Position numbers and translations under genes: made by a program | IMG/VR virus record: IMGVR_UViG_3300033072_000249 | Coordinates: 1 to 64,000 of that record | Strand: one strand, 5' to 3' | DNA: 64,000 bases | DNA from: a virus | Lineage: Duplodnaviria > Caudoviricetes | Shown here: positions 56,512 to 64,000 of the stretch, piece by piece | Layout: the number at the start of each line of letters is the position of its first letter | Numbering within the stretch: the first letter of the stretch is position 1 | The notes under the pieces: generated by a model | Database searches by the model: none | Told to the model about the DNA's origin: nothing | The model's input: only the letters and a program-made list of their open reading frames with translations

Positions 56512-57066
56512 TCAGCCGAGGTTGAACACCTGGTATGCGGTCACGCCGCGCCAGGCGACGTCGCGCGCGGCCTTGATGTCCTCGCCGCCGGAGCGGTACT
56601 TCACCTTCACCAACTGGTCGTCCAGCACCTCGGTCGGCTTCGACGTGAAGCCCATCACGTTGACCCACGGCGCGGCCAGGATCTGGTTGCGCGGCGCCGC
56701 CTTGGTGAGTTGGATGTTGCCCAACCCGGGTGAGCCAATGACGCTGATCCCAGTGAGGTCTGGACCAGCGGCCAGGTCGATGCCGAACAGTTTGGCGGTG
56801 CCGGCCTGCAGTTTTGCAGCGTCCTCGGCGCGCATCTCCTGCCAGCGGTGCAGTGTGTCGATCGCCTCCTGGATGTCCTTGTCGACGTCCTTGTGCCCCC
56901 GGCCGCCGGCCACCAGCAGCTTCTTGATGGCGTGGCCCAGCTTCTGGTCGGTGATCGCGAACAGCTCGAGCACGCGGTAGACGTCGATGGTCTTCAGGTG
57001 CTCGACGCTCTTGAAGTAGTGGCTGTGCTTGCGTTGCTCTTTCGCAACAGATGGGTAAGACATCAT
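56512..57066 (-). CDS. conserved phage protein (DUF3310-related N-terminus)
   Basis: HSHYFK..IDVYRVLELF..GHAIKKLLVAGGRGHKD..KDIQEAIDTL. Confidence 0.75.
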   Translation of the reverse strand: MMSYPSVAKEQRKHSHYFKSVEHLKTIDVYRVLELFAITDQKLGHAIKKLLVAGGRGHKDVDKDIQEAIDTLHRWQEMRAEDAAKLQAGTAKLFGIDLAAGPDLTGISVIGSPGLGNIQLTKAAPRNQILAAPWVNVMGFTSKPTEVLDDQLVKVKYRSGGEDIKAARDVAWRGVTAYQVFNLG

Positions 57067-57275
57067 CTTGATTTCGCTTTCCGGGCGCGCCAGCAGCTGG
57101 CGCAGACCCACTTGGTTGGGGACAGCTCGATGCCGCCGGACGGGTCTTTGGGACCGCAGCCCGGCGTCGAGCACTGCTTCAGCGGACGGTCGCTCTTGGG
57201 GCTCCCGTCCAGCTTCGGCGGCTCTTGCAGGCTGCGGAACATCAGACGCAGTCCGCCAGACTCGGCGCCTCCCAT
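57063..57275 (-). CDS. small Zn-binding hypothetical protein
   Basis: CSTPGC and CASCW. Confidence 0.55.
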   Translation of the reverse strand: MGGAESGGLRLMFRSLQEPPKLDGSPKSDRPLKQCSTPGCGPKDPSGGIELSPTKWVCASCWRARKAKSR

Positions 57276-57772
57276 CCTGGGCGCTTGCCGATCTTCCCGC
57301 CTGGCAGGATCACCGGCACGCCGTCGACGAACTTGTCGTCATTGGCGTCCAGCACCTTCTTGTCGGCCTTGTTCTTGTCGAAGCCGGCGAAGTAGGCTAC
57401 GCCGTTGCCGGTCACATCCAAGTCGCACAGCGCGTCGAGGATGGCCTCGCGATCGTGGAACTCGACCGAGAACTGCCCCTGCTTCAGGCCCGTGGCCACC
57501 AGGTCCAGGATCATGGCCGCCTCGATCAGCACGTTCGAGATGGCGCCGGTCGGCGAGCCCAGAGAGATGGCGCGCAGGAACTCGGTGAACTCTTCGATGT
57601 GGCAGCCCGTCTGGACCGACAGGTTTTCCTTTGTCTTCTCCTTGCCGGCCGTGGCCAGCCAGGCGGAGACGCGATCGAAGTTGGTGAGGGCTGCGGCCAA
57701 GCCGGAGCGGAAGCCGTCGGCTGAGGCGGTGGCCATGTCGGCGGCAAAGAATTGGGGTGTTTCAGTGGTCAT
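57242..57772 (-). CDS. MazG-like/PRA-PH-type NTP pyrophosphohydrolase
   Basis: EEFTEF, EAILDALCDLDVTGNG, VLDANDDKF, GKIGKRPGW.AP.L. Confidence 0.85.
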   Translation of the reverse strand: MTTETPQFFAADMATASADGFRSGLAAALTNFDRVSAWLATAGKEKTKENLSVQTGCHIEEFTEFLRAISLGSPTGAISNVLIEAAMILDLVATGLKQGQFSVEFHDREAILDALCDLDVTGNGVAYFAGFDKNKADKKVLDANDDKFVDGVPVILPGGKIGKRPGWEAPSLADCV

Positions 57773-57778
57773 GATGAT

Positions 57779-57994
57779 TCAGCGGATGGTGGCGATTCCG
57801 ACGCGGCGCTTCTCGGCCTGGCGCACCAGCTTGGCGCCAGCGTGCCGGGGCTTGCCAGGGGTGCGGCTGCGGGAGCGGCTGCCGGTGTAGTCCATCGGCA
57901 GCGGGGGTGCGCCGAATTTGAGCGCCGGCAGGGCGCCGATGCCCATCATGGCAGCTGCCGCCGCCAGGAATGAGCCCTTGTTCAAGGTTCCCAT
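57779..57994 (-). CDS. small basic hypothetical protein
   Basis: CAGGAG RBS. Confidence 0.6.
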   Translation of the reverse strand: MGTLNKGSFLAAAAAMMGIGALPALKFGAPPLPMDYTGSRSRSRTPGKPRHAGAKLVRQAEKRRVGIATIR

Positions 57995-58021
57995 GGATTT
58001 CTCCTGAAGTTGATGAGGTGT

Positions 58022-58540
58022 TCAGTGTACAACAATTTGTTGATCTGTGAGCGGTTTGTTGCTCATGGACAACTGTCGTTCGTACTCGCGGTGCTCCTCG
58101 TGGAGCTGAGCGTGGTGCTTCGTGCAGAGCCAGACGACATCGAGCGGCGCGCTGTAGTCCGGGTGGTGACCCTCGACCTCGAGCTCGCCGCAGATGTGGC
58201 ATGGCTGCTTGGTGAGGCGGCCGTCGCGGATGGCGTTGTTGACGGCGATCTGGGCCTTGCGTCGTACTCTGTTGCTCGCGGCCCACTTCTTCTTAGCCTG
58301 CGCAACAGATTCTCGATAAGCATTTGTCTCTTGATACGCCAGGCGGGCAGCAACCCGATCTGGGTTCTTGCCGCGCTTGCGGTCATAGGCCTGGTAGTAG
58401 TCCTTACGAGCCTCTCTGTTCGCCTTGACATCTGCCTTTGTGCATTCCTTGCACTTCGCCATCTTCCCGTCGGAAGACTTGGCGAAGGCATAGAACGCAT
58501 CAAGCGGCTTTTCGCAAAGGCACTTGGTGCAGGCTTTCAT
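58022..58540 (-). CDS. HNH endonuclease-like protein with Zn ribbon
   Basis: CTKC..CKEC; PCHICG..EGHHPDYS.PLDVVWLCTKHHAQLH. Confidence 0.85.
   Translation of the reverse strand: MKACTKCLCEKPLDAFYAFAKSSDGKMAKCKECTKADVKANREARKDYYQAYDRKRGKNPDRVAARLAYQETNAYRESVAQAKKKWAASNRVRRKAQIAVNNAIRDGRLTKQPCHICGELEVEGHHPDYSAPLDVVWLCTKHHAQLHEEHREYERQLSMSNKPLTDQQIVVH
58024..58042 (-). promoter_or_regulatory. -10 TACACT abutting a CAAC-N5-GTTG operator
   Basis: agtgta 58024-58029; CAAC-AATTT-GTTG 58030-58042; same architecture as 62680. Confidence 0.65.
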
Positions 58541-58554
58541 TGACGCATCAATGA

Positions 58555-59100
58555 TTAAAAAGGTATATCTTCCGAGTCATCGAACCCATCCGCCGCAGGA
58601 GCCTGGCGCTGCTGCGGAGCCTGGCGCTGCTGGCCCTGCCGCGGTGCGCCGCCTTGCTGGCCGCCACCGTAGCCACCACGGCCACCCTGGTTGACCTGCT
58701 GGCGCTGTTGGCCACCGTTCCCAGTTCCCCGCGGGGAATTCCCGGAGCTCCCACGGGAATCGCCACCCTGCCCACCCTGCTGCGGCGAGCTGGCGAACTC
58801 GATGTTTGAAATGGCTCCAACCATTTTGGTGCCGGTGGCGCCGTCGCGCGTCTCATAGGTCTCGATGTGAACGTCGTCGATCACGACGAACACCTGCGTG
58901 CCCTTGAGCAGGTACTGGGCCAGGGCTTCAGCGCGCTTGTTCCAGATGGAGGCTTCGACCCACTGTGTGGGCTTGTTGCCGTCTTCTCCCTTGCGGCCGT
59001 AGTTGAATGCCAGCGAGACGTTCGCGACTGCGTCGTTGTTCGCGGTGTAGCGGAGCTCGACATCGCGGCCGATGCGCCCCAGTCCAATCAATTGCGCCAT
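58555..59100 (-). CDS. ssb: single-stranded DNA-binding protein
   Basis: GRIGRDVELRYT, Gly/Gln tail, FDDSEDIPF end. Confidence 0.95.
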   Translation of the reverse strand: MAQLIGLGRIGRDVELRYTANNDAVANVSLAFNYGRKGEDGNKPTQWVEASIWNKRAEALAQYLLKGTQVFVVIDDVHIETYETRDGATGTKMVGAISNIEFASSPQQGGQGGDSRGSSGNSPRGTGNGGQQRQQVNQGGRGGYGGGQQGGAPRQGQQRQAPQQRQAPAADGFDDSEDIPF

Positions 59101-59110
59101 GACAATTCCT

Positions 59111-59320
59111 TTAGTAAAAACCAGCCAAGAGATTGCAGGCATTCGACAGCTTGGCCAGACTGTTCGGTGCCTTCAGGGCCTTGTTGGCCTTGTCGACTGC
59201 GTCCTTGTAGGCAACGGAGCGTTGGTACGACCCGTTGTTGACGCTTGGCGGGACCGTCTTGAGCATCTGCTCGATCCGCTCCCGGTAGTGTTTTGCCTGC
59301 TCGGCGTCGGCCTTGCTCAT
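59111..59320 (-). CDS. hypothetical protein
   Basis: ATGA coupling at 59320. Confidence 0.65.
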   Translation of the reverse strand: MSKADAEQAKHYRERIEQMLKTVPPSVNNGSYQRSVAYKDAVDKANKALKAPNSLAKLSNACNLLAGFY

Positions 59321-59571
59321 GATTTCAGCTGCCGGTAGTTGTTGCACGAGCCCATCCTTTTCACTGCGAAGCCGTGCAGCTTGCAGCGCAGATTTTTCTC
59401 CACTCCGTGGATCTTGACGCTGAATTGCTGCTGAGCGCTCGCGGCGTTGCGCTTCTGCATCCAGGTTGGCAACGCCAACTCGGTCGAGAACTCAAGGCAG
59501 TTAGAGCACACCGGCAGCAAGGCTTTGTCCTTGTAGCCGCACGCGGCCTTGGCTTCGGACACCTTACTCAC
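59317..59571 (-). CDS. hypothetical Cys-containing protein
   Basis: GTGA coupling; CSNC..RCKLHGFAVKRMGSC. Confidence 0.7.
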   Translation of the reverse strand: MSKVSEAKAACGYKDKALLPVCSNCLEFSTELALPTWMQKRNAASAQQQFSVKIHGVEKNLRCKLHGFAVKRMGSCNNYRQLKS

Positions 59572-59771
59572 GCCAGCACCCCGGTGCGCTGCGCGTTCTT
59601 GTAGGCCTTCTTGAGCTGCAGATGCATCGAGCGCACGCTCAGCGGCTCGTTGACGACGCGGTAGTGGCCCTTGACCTTGGCCACCTTCAGCTCGCGATCG
59701 ACGACGTGCTTGTCGCCAGCCATCTCTTCGCGCGCCATGCGGCGCAGTGCTTTGGCTTTTTTCTGGTTCAT
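59568..59771 (-). CDS. small basic hypothetical protein
   Basis: ATGA coupling; MNQKKAKALRR. Confidence 0.7.
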   Translation of the reverse strand: MNQKKAKALRRMAREEMAGDKHVVDRELKVAKVKGHYRVVNEPLSVRSMHLQLKKAYKNAQRTGVLA

Positions 59772-60046
59772 CGAACGAACTCCTCTTTGTTGACAATGAC
59801 GCGGTAACGGTAGAGTCCGTTGCCCATGTATTCCTTTTCGACGGCGTGGCCGCCGAATCGCTGCTTGCGCAGGTGACGAAGCTGGGCGCTGATACTGGCT
59901 GCAGGATCTCCGGTCTCCCTGGAGATCTGGTCCAGCGTCTTCCATGTGCCGCCACTCATCACATTCCACACACGGAGCAGCTGCCCCGTGAGTCGCACAT
60001 CATCTCGGGCTGGGTTGTAGTCCGAACCGTCGAAGCGGGCGCTCAT
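59768..60046 (-). CDS. winged-HTH-like DNA-binding protein
   Basis: WKTLDQISRETGDPAASISAQLRHLRK..GGH.VEK..GLYRY. Confidence 0.75.
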   Translation of the reverse strand: MSARFDGSDYNPARDDVRLTGQLLRVWNVMSGGTWKTLDQISRETGDPAASISAQLRHLRKQRFGGHAVEKEYMGNGLYRYRVIVNKEEFVR

Positions 60047-60702
60047 TTGCGGGCCTCGATGATGCGGCGAATCTTCTCGGCGCGCCCCTGCATCGCATCG
60101 ACCTTGGACTTCACCTCACCCAGGAAGCGAGTCATCTCAGTGTGCAGTTCGGAGAGTCGCTTCTCGTCCCGCTTGACCACCACGATGTGCAGCTGCAGCT
60201 CTGGCGGGAAGTCGGGGTTCCAGCTGACGAAGTACCAGCGGTCGTTGCCGGTGACATACATGCCGCCATGAACTTGCCACTCGTATTCGTCAGGTGGCTG
60301 GTCGACCAGGTCAAGGTAGCGCAGGTGTGTGTCGGCATCCGGGCTCTTGATCTCAAGGCCGGATTTCTCGCCCAGGATGATGCCATCCGGCGACGCACCG
60401 CACCTAAGGAAGGCATGCTTCATGAAGCCTACCTCCTGGACGATCTTGCCGGTCTCAGCCTCGAAGGCCATCCGCGCGAACGGCTCACGCTCGACACCAC
60501 GATCCATGGCCGCCGACTTGCCACCCTTGACAAGCGGCTTGCCGGTGAGGATCTCGGTGGCCAGGTGATCGATGTACTTCTGGCGCGTCACAGATGGAGC
60601 GCCGCCGCGACCCTTGGTCATGATGTCGCCGTACCGCGACGCGCTCGCATACCCAGCACGATCAGCAAACCAGGCATCGGAGCCCTGAACAATATCAGAC
60701 AT
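60043..60702 (-). CDS. YqaJ/lambda-exonuclease family protein
   Basis: VQGSDAWFADRAG..SAS, GASPDG, LEIKSP, YEWQVHGGM..WYFVSWNP. Confidence 0.93.
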   Translation of the reverse strand: MSDIVQGSDAWFADRAGYASASRYGDIMTKGRGGAPSVTRQKYIDHLATEILTGKPLVKGGKSAAMDRGVEREPFARMAFEAETGKIVQEVGFMKHAFLRCGASPDGIILGEKSGLEIKSPDADTHLRYLDLVDQPPDEYEWQVHGGMYVTGNDRWYFVSWNPDFPPELQLHIVVVKRDEKRLSELHTEMTRFLGEVKSKVDAMQGRAEKIRRIIEARK

Positions 60703-61597
60703 CGGTAGCCTCCAGCTTCACCTTCTTGCTCATCACGGCCTGCTTGAATGCGGTGTAGCCACCCTTGTCGCGAGCCTCTTCTGCGGCCTTGGCACCCTTG
60801 CGCCAAACGGCCTCGAGATCCTTTACCGTCTTCGAGTTCTCGACCTGTTCGGTGAATGCCTTCAGGTCAAAAACGATCTTTTGCGGCGGCGCATCATCAC
60901 CCACCAGACCCTCTTCGCCATCGACGTTGAGGTGGTGAATGGCCTGGTCCAAGCGATCGGTCTTGGGCCACATCTTCGACGCGCGCTTGATGATCGTCTT
61001 CTTGATCATCTCTCCCTCGTCGGTAACCCACGGGCACTTCTTCTGCTTGTCGATCCAGGCCTTCCATGCCGAGGATCGATCGCGGATGTCATAGACGTCG
61101 GTAATCGACATGGTGTCGGTGAGGTAGTCGCCATCAGCGGTCTTGGCCACGCAGTACACGCCGATGATCTGGCCTCGGCCGTCACCGAATGGCTCGAAGT
61201 CGTGCGTTGGCAGCTTGTCGATTCCGTTCATGCGGAAGACGTCCGCCCGGCGCACCAGCTCCGCCTTGACCCACTTGACCGAGCCGCTGGCGATGGCCAG
61301 TTCTATGAGCCCGATGTAGCTGATGTCCAGGCAGATGCGGCCGTCGCGCGGCACCAGGTAGGCCTGCTTCTTCGCTGGGTTCAGCGACAGCCCGATGGCT
61401 GCCAGGTTGGTCACCGCGTTCACCACCGACTGGCGGTTGCTGACCGCCAGCTTCAGTGCGTAGTCGTTGTTGCCCAGCACCTGCAGCGCGAACTCGGCCT
61501 CGCGCTCGAACTTGATCGAGCGGTCGGACAGGACGCTGTTGAAGGTCGGGGCAAGGCCGTAGATGTCGGCCTCGATCAACTGCAAAGCGTTTGACAT
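60695..61597 (-). CDS. recT: RecT-family recombinase
   Basis: [43 protein letters not shown]. Confidence 0.92.
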   Translation of the reverse strand: MSNALQLIEADIYGLAPTFNSVLSDRSIKFEREAEFALQVLGNNDYALKLAVSNRQSVVNAVTNLAAIGLSLNPAKKQAYLVPRDGRICLDISYIGLIELAIASGSVKWVKAELVRRADVFRMNGIDKLPTHDFEPFGDGRGQIIGVYCVAKTADGDYLTDTMSITDVYDIRDRSSAWKAWIDKQKKCPWVTDEGEMIKKTIIKRASKMWPKTDRLDQAIHHLNVDGEEGLVGDDAPPQKIVFDLKAFTEQVENSKTVKDLEAVWRKGAKAAEEARDKGGYTAFKQAVMSKKVKLEATDV

Positions 61598-61599
61598 GC

Positions 61600-62649
61600 T
61601 CAGACTCCAAAGGCGATGTCTTCGCCAGCCTTGACGATGTAGCGCTTGGCCACGGCCTCATCGACGCCAAAGAAGCTGGCCACAGCTGCGACGATGCGGT
61701 CGGTGCTTGGGATCGTGTCATCCACCAGCTGAGCCGGATCAGCGAACTGCACAGCCGACTCGGCAGCGGGGGCGGGCGCCGCAGCTTCCTGTGCAGCCCA
61801 AGACTCGGTTGCGGGGTTGATCGGCTCACCCTTGTGCAGGCTTTCGATCACGCCATCTGGAACCCACTCGGCATCCTCCTGGGCGGCGGCGTCGCTGACG
61901 GCCGGGCTTGCGGCAGGCGCCTCGACAGGAGTCGGGGCGGGCGCTGCAGCGCCGGAGGCGGCTGCCAGTTGAGCCTTCAGTCGCTCGATCTCAGCTCGAG
62001 CCTCGGCCATTTCCTTCTCAAGCGCTCGGGCCTTCTCAGCCTCTTCGGCCACGAGCTCCAGGCGCTGCGCCTCACGGAGCAGGGCGGCCGCGCCGGTGTC
62101 GCGGATGTGCGTCGCCTCGGCCAGGAACTCCTCGAAGTCCTGCGTCGTCACGACCTTGCTCTGCAGTGTGTCGGCCTGGCCGCGCAGGATTGCAGCGCTC
62201 GAGCGCGGATCGATGTCACCCAGGGCGCGCAGCGCATCCAGGCGGGCGCGGATGCCGTCGATGCGGGCTTGCTCCTTCTCGGCGGCCTCCTGCTTCTCGC
62301 GCTCCTTGCGCTCTTCCTCGGCCGTGATCTGCGCATCGATCGGGGTCTCGATGAGTTTGATCGCCTCGGTGATGCGAGCAGCCTCCGAGTTCAAAGTCTT
62401 CTGCGCGGCAGCGATGCGCGACGCTTCGGCCTTGCGGATGTGCTCGACCTTGAAGCGCACTTCGCGGATCACGGCACGGGCCTTCTTGGCCTGGTCCATG
62501 CCCTTGGGGATGGTCACGTCGTAGACCACGTTGCCGTAGGTCTCCTTCAGCTTGGCCAGGCCCTTCTCGACGCGCGTCAGATCCCTGACCGCCAGCGCGA
62601 TCAAGGTGTTTTTTTGCGGCTCGGCGCCGCCTGCGGTTTGCTCTTCCAT
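61600..62649 (-). CDS. coiled-coil early protein
   Basis: CAGGAG RBS, ATG 62649; long charged helix. Confidence 0.8.
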   Translation of the reverse strand: MEEQTAGGAEPQKNTLIALAVRDLTRVEKGLAKLKETYGNVVYDVTIPKGMDQAKKARAVIREVRFKVEHIRKAEASRIAAAQKTLNSEAARITEAIKLIETPIDAQITAEEERKEREKQEAAEKEQARIDGIRARLDALRALGDIDPRSSAAILRGQADTLQSKVVTTQDFEEFLAEATHIRDTGAAALLREAQRLELVAEEAEKARALEKEMAEARAEIERLKAQLAAASGAAAPAPTPVEAPAASPAVSDAAAQEDAEWVPDGVIESLHKGEPINPATESWAAQEAAAPAPAAESAVQFADPAQLVDDTIPSTDRIVAAVASFFGVDEAVAKRYIVKAGEDIAFGV

Positions 62650-62679
62650 GTGTAACTCCTGTGGTGGTTGAGTGAGTGC

Positions 62680-62708
62680 AGTGTACAACAAAAAGTTGGA
62701 GCACCAAC
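62680..62708 (-). promoter_or_regulatory. early leftward promoter with CAAC-N5-GTTG operator
   Basis: -10 TACACT 62680-62685; CAAC-AAAAA-GTTG 62686-62698. Confidence 0.7.
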
Positions 62709-62739
62709 AAAAAAATTGCCAGCGTTGCGCCGGCACCAC

Positions 62740-62763
62740 AAAAGAAAACCCGGTCGCCCGGGT
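62740..62763 (-). terminator. intrinsic terminator closing the ncRNA array
   Basis: Minus strand ACCCGG-GCGA-CCGGGT-TTTCTTTT. Confidence 0.8.
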
Positions 62764-62882
62764 GTGTTGGTTGATGATGCAGCCCGGCCAAATCCACCGG
62801 TAGGTATGCCGCCCGAGACCGCTCCCTTGCCTTATCGACTGGGTTGCGGAAGTGTCGCCTGGTCGATAACTCCAGGCACTAC

Positions 62883-63001
62883 ACCATCACATCAGCGGGC
62901 AGGACTCAAACCTGCATCCCCAGCCTGCCGGCCCTGCTCTATCAACCCTGCCGGGCGCACGTCCCCGTGCATTTACATTGAGCTACCGCTGGTGTGATGG
63001 T
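62883..63001 (-). ncRNA. tRNA-like element with extended acceptor stem
   Basis: CAGCGG/CCGCTG, TAGCTCA D-arm start, T arm GCAGG-TTTGAGT-CCTGC. Confidence 0.6.
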
Positions 63002-63136
63002 CCACGTCTTTCCGTGGTGTCACCCAGCCTTACGGCGCAGCTTCTCAGACTGCTGATAGCGCAGGGTTTCGCGTTGGTCGTTGATGGTGGCTCACAGTGT
63101 GGTGGCTGTGATTTACCCGGCCCTGTTGACCGACCC

Positions 63137-63666
63137 CCATCAAGGGTGTCGACTGGTTGTTGTTGGCAGGTCTCAGGCTCGTTCACAACCCGACCTGGCT
63201 GCCACAGTCGACACGCTTGATGGTTGATGCTGGTTGAGGCGGGACGCGAGGAATCGAACCTCTTTATGCCGGCCGGCACACCAGTTCTCCCCACTTCAGC
63301 AGCCATCAAGGCGGCGCCCTATCGAGGTAGCCTATGCGTTTTTGCAGCCGGACCTGATGTTGCGGTTCCCGGCACTTGGTAGGTACGCCGTCTTGATGGT
63401 CCCCGTCTTTCCGGGGTGTCAGAGCCAGCTTGTGGCGCTGTACTCATGCCACAGATGGCGGCAGGGAGTGCGCCTACCGACTCAACCGCTCAGCTACACC
63501 CGTTGTGAAGAGATGCTGGGCGCTGCCTTGACGACAGATCGGCCAATCGCTGAGAGGTGCCTTCGATGCACTGTACCGCCATCAAGTGTGATGACTGCCG
63601 AAGAAGTGCGGGCGGCTGTTAGGCTTACACACCCGCAAAACACATTGCAGTCACCACGCTTGATGG
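63137..63666 (-). repeat. three CCATCAAG...CTTGATGG stem modules
   Basis: 63137-63223, 63303-63399, 63579-63666. Confidence 0.85.
63231..63298 (-). ncRNA. tRNA-like minihelix ending ACCA
   Basis: TGAAGTGGGG/TCCCGCCTCA stem, T arm GAGG-TTCGATT-CCTC. Confidence 0.45.
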
Positions 63667-63831
63667 CCCTGCCGAGGCAGGTCACCAAGGAGAGTTTTTC
63701 AATCCTCTCTGCCCCAGAGCCTTGGGCCTTGCCGGCGTGCCTGGCATGAATCGCGGTTCGTAGGTTACTCGGCCCTGTCCGACGAATCGGCACTGTCCTT
63801 TCGCGTCTCCGCTATCTTGCACTGCACTCTT

Positions 63832-63904
63832 TGATACGCCAGGCCGGAATCAAACCGACTCTGCACCGCTTGAACGGCGCCGTGCTTCAACACACTCCAG
63901 GCGC
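63832..63904 (-). ncRNA. degenerate tRNA-like cloverleaf
   Basis: 7-bp acceptor with one mismatch, 4-bp D stem, 6-bp stem with TTCAAG loop, T arm GTCGG-TTTGATT-CCGGC, 3' ATCA. Confidence 0.55.
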
Positions 63905-64000
63905 GGCCGCGTGCGCTTCAAGACGCACACGGTTGATCATCAAGTGTGTTGGCTGGCTCAGACCGCCGGGCAGGTGATGGCTAACCACCCGGCATGCATA

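Larger units (their letters stand above)
62764..64000 (-). ncRNA. array of structured non-coding modules (5' end outside the window)
   Basis: No credible ORF; four CCATCA-based long stems, two GAAAGA hairpins, three T-arm-containing elements. Confidence 0.65.

Noticed and set aside
63456-63502. tRNA-like start (CGGGTGTAGCTGAG..GCCA) on the minus strand
   Set aside because: Too short and without a consistent acceptor or T arm; left as part of the array rather than called separately
62884-63666. CRISPR array interpretation of the CCATCAAG repeats
   Set aside because: Repeats are short inverted pairs with irregular spacing; no 28-37-bp direct repeats and no cas genes
62668-63793. Track ORFs of 80-171 aa in the terminal region
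   Set aside because: No RBS, atypical composition and overlap with strong RNA structure; judged spurious
63832-63904. Opal-suppressor or selenocysteine tRNA (TCA in the loop)
   Set aside because: The loop is 6 or 8 nt rather than 7, there is no long variable arm and no CCA, and I saw no in-frame TGA read-through pattern in the genes

Overview
The window is a GC-rich tailed dsDNA phage (or prophage) segment, podovirus-like, probably infecting a Betaproteobacterium (host is an inference from GC level and gene content). No host housekeeping genes, integrase, repressor, replication genes, CRISPR array or reverse transcriptase were recognised. Layout: (1) 138-5842, + strand, small accessory genes, including a SLOG/DUF2493 protein and an RNAP alpha-CTD-like protein; (2) 5878-6594, a promoter-to-terminator non-coding unit with several CCA-ending tRNA-like structures and a real tRNA-Asn(GUU); (3) 6608-9931, lysis cassette (GH24 lysozyme, holin-like proteins, Rz with embedded Rz1) plus two paralogous 15-codon minigenes; (4) 9947-28722, terminases, portal, scaffold, N4-gp56-type capsid, adaptors, tail and fibre genes; (5) 28783-53830, putative ejected/internal virion proteins, including two giant polyvalent proteins (2952 and 2407 aa) with glucosaminidase, InPase-like, zincin, HhH-glycosylase-like and multiple ADP-ribosyltransferase-like modules; (6) 53807-62649, - strand early operon (RdgC, MazG-like, HNH, SSB, YqaJ, RecT); (7) 62740-64000, a - strand, separately terminated array of structured non-coding modules. 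Best leads: a 98-aa gene nested in the +1 frame of the 2952-aa gene; the modular ncRNA array with conserved CCATCAAG stems and tRNA mimics; the twin minigenes conserved at peptide level; and a dispersed CAAC-N5-GTTG operator. Family assignments are from remembered motifs, not database searches, and all RNA folds were done by eye.
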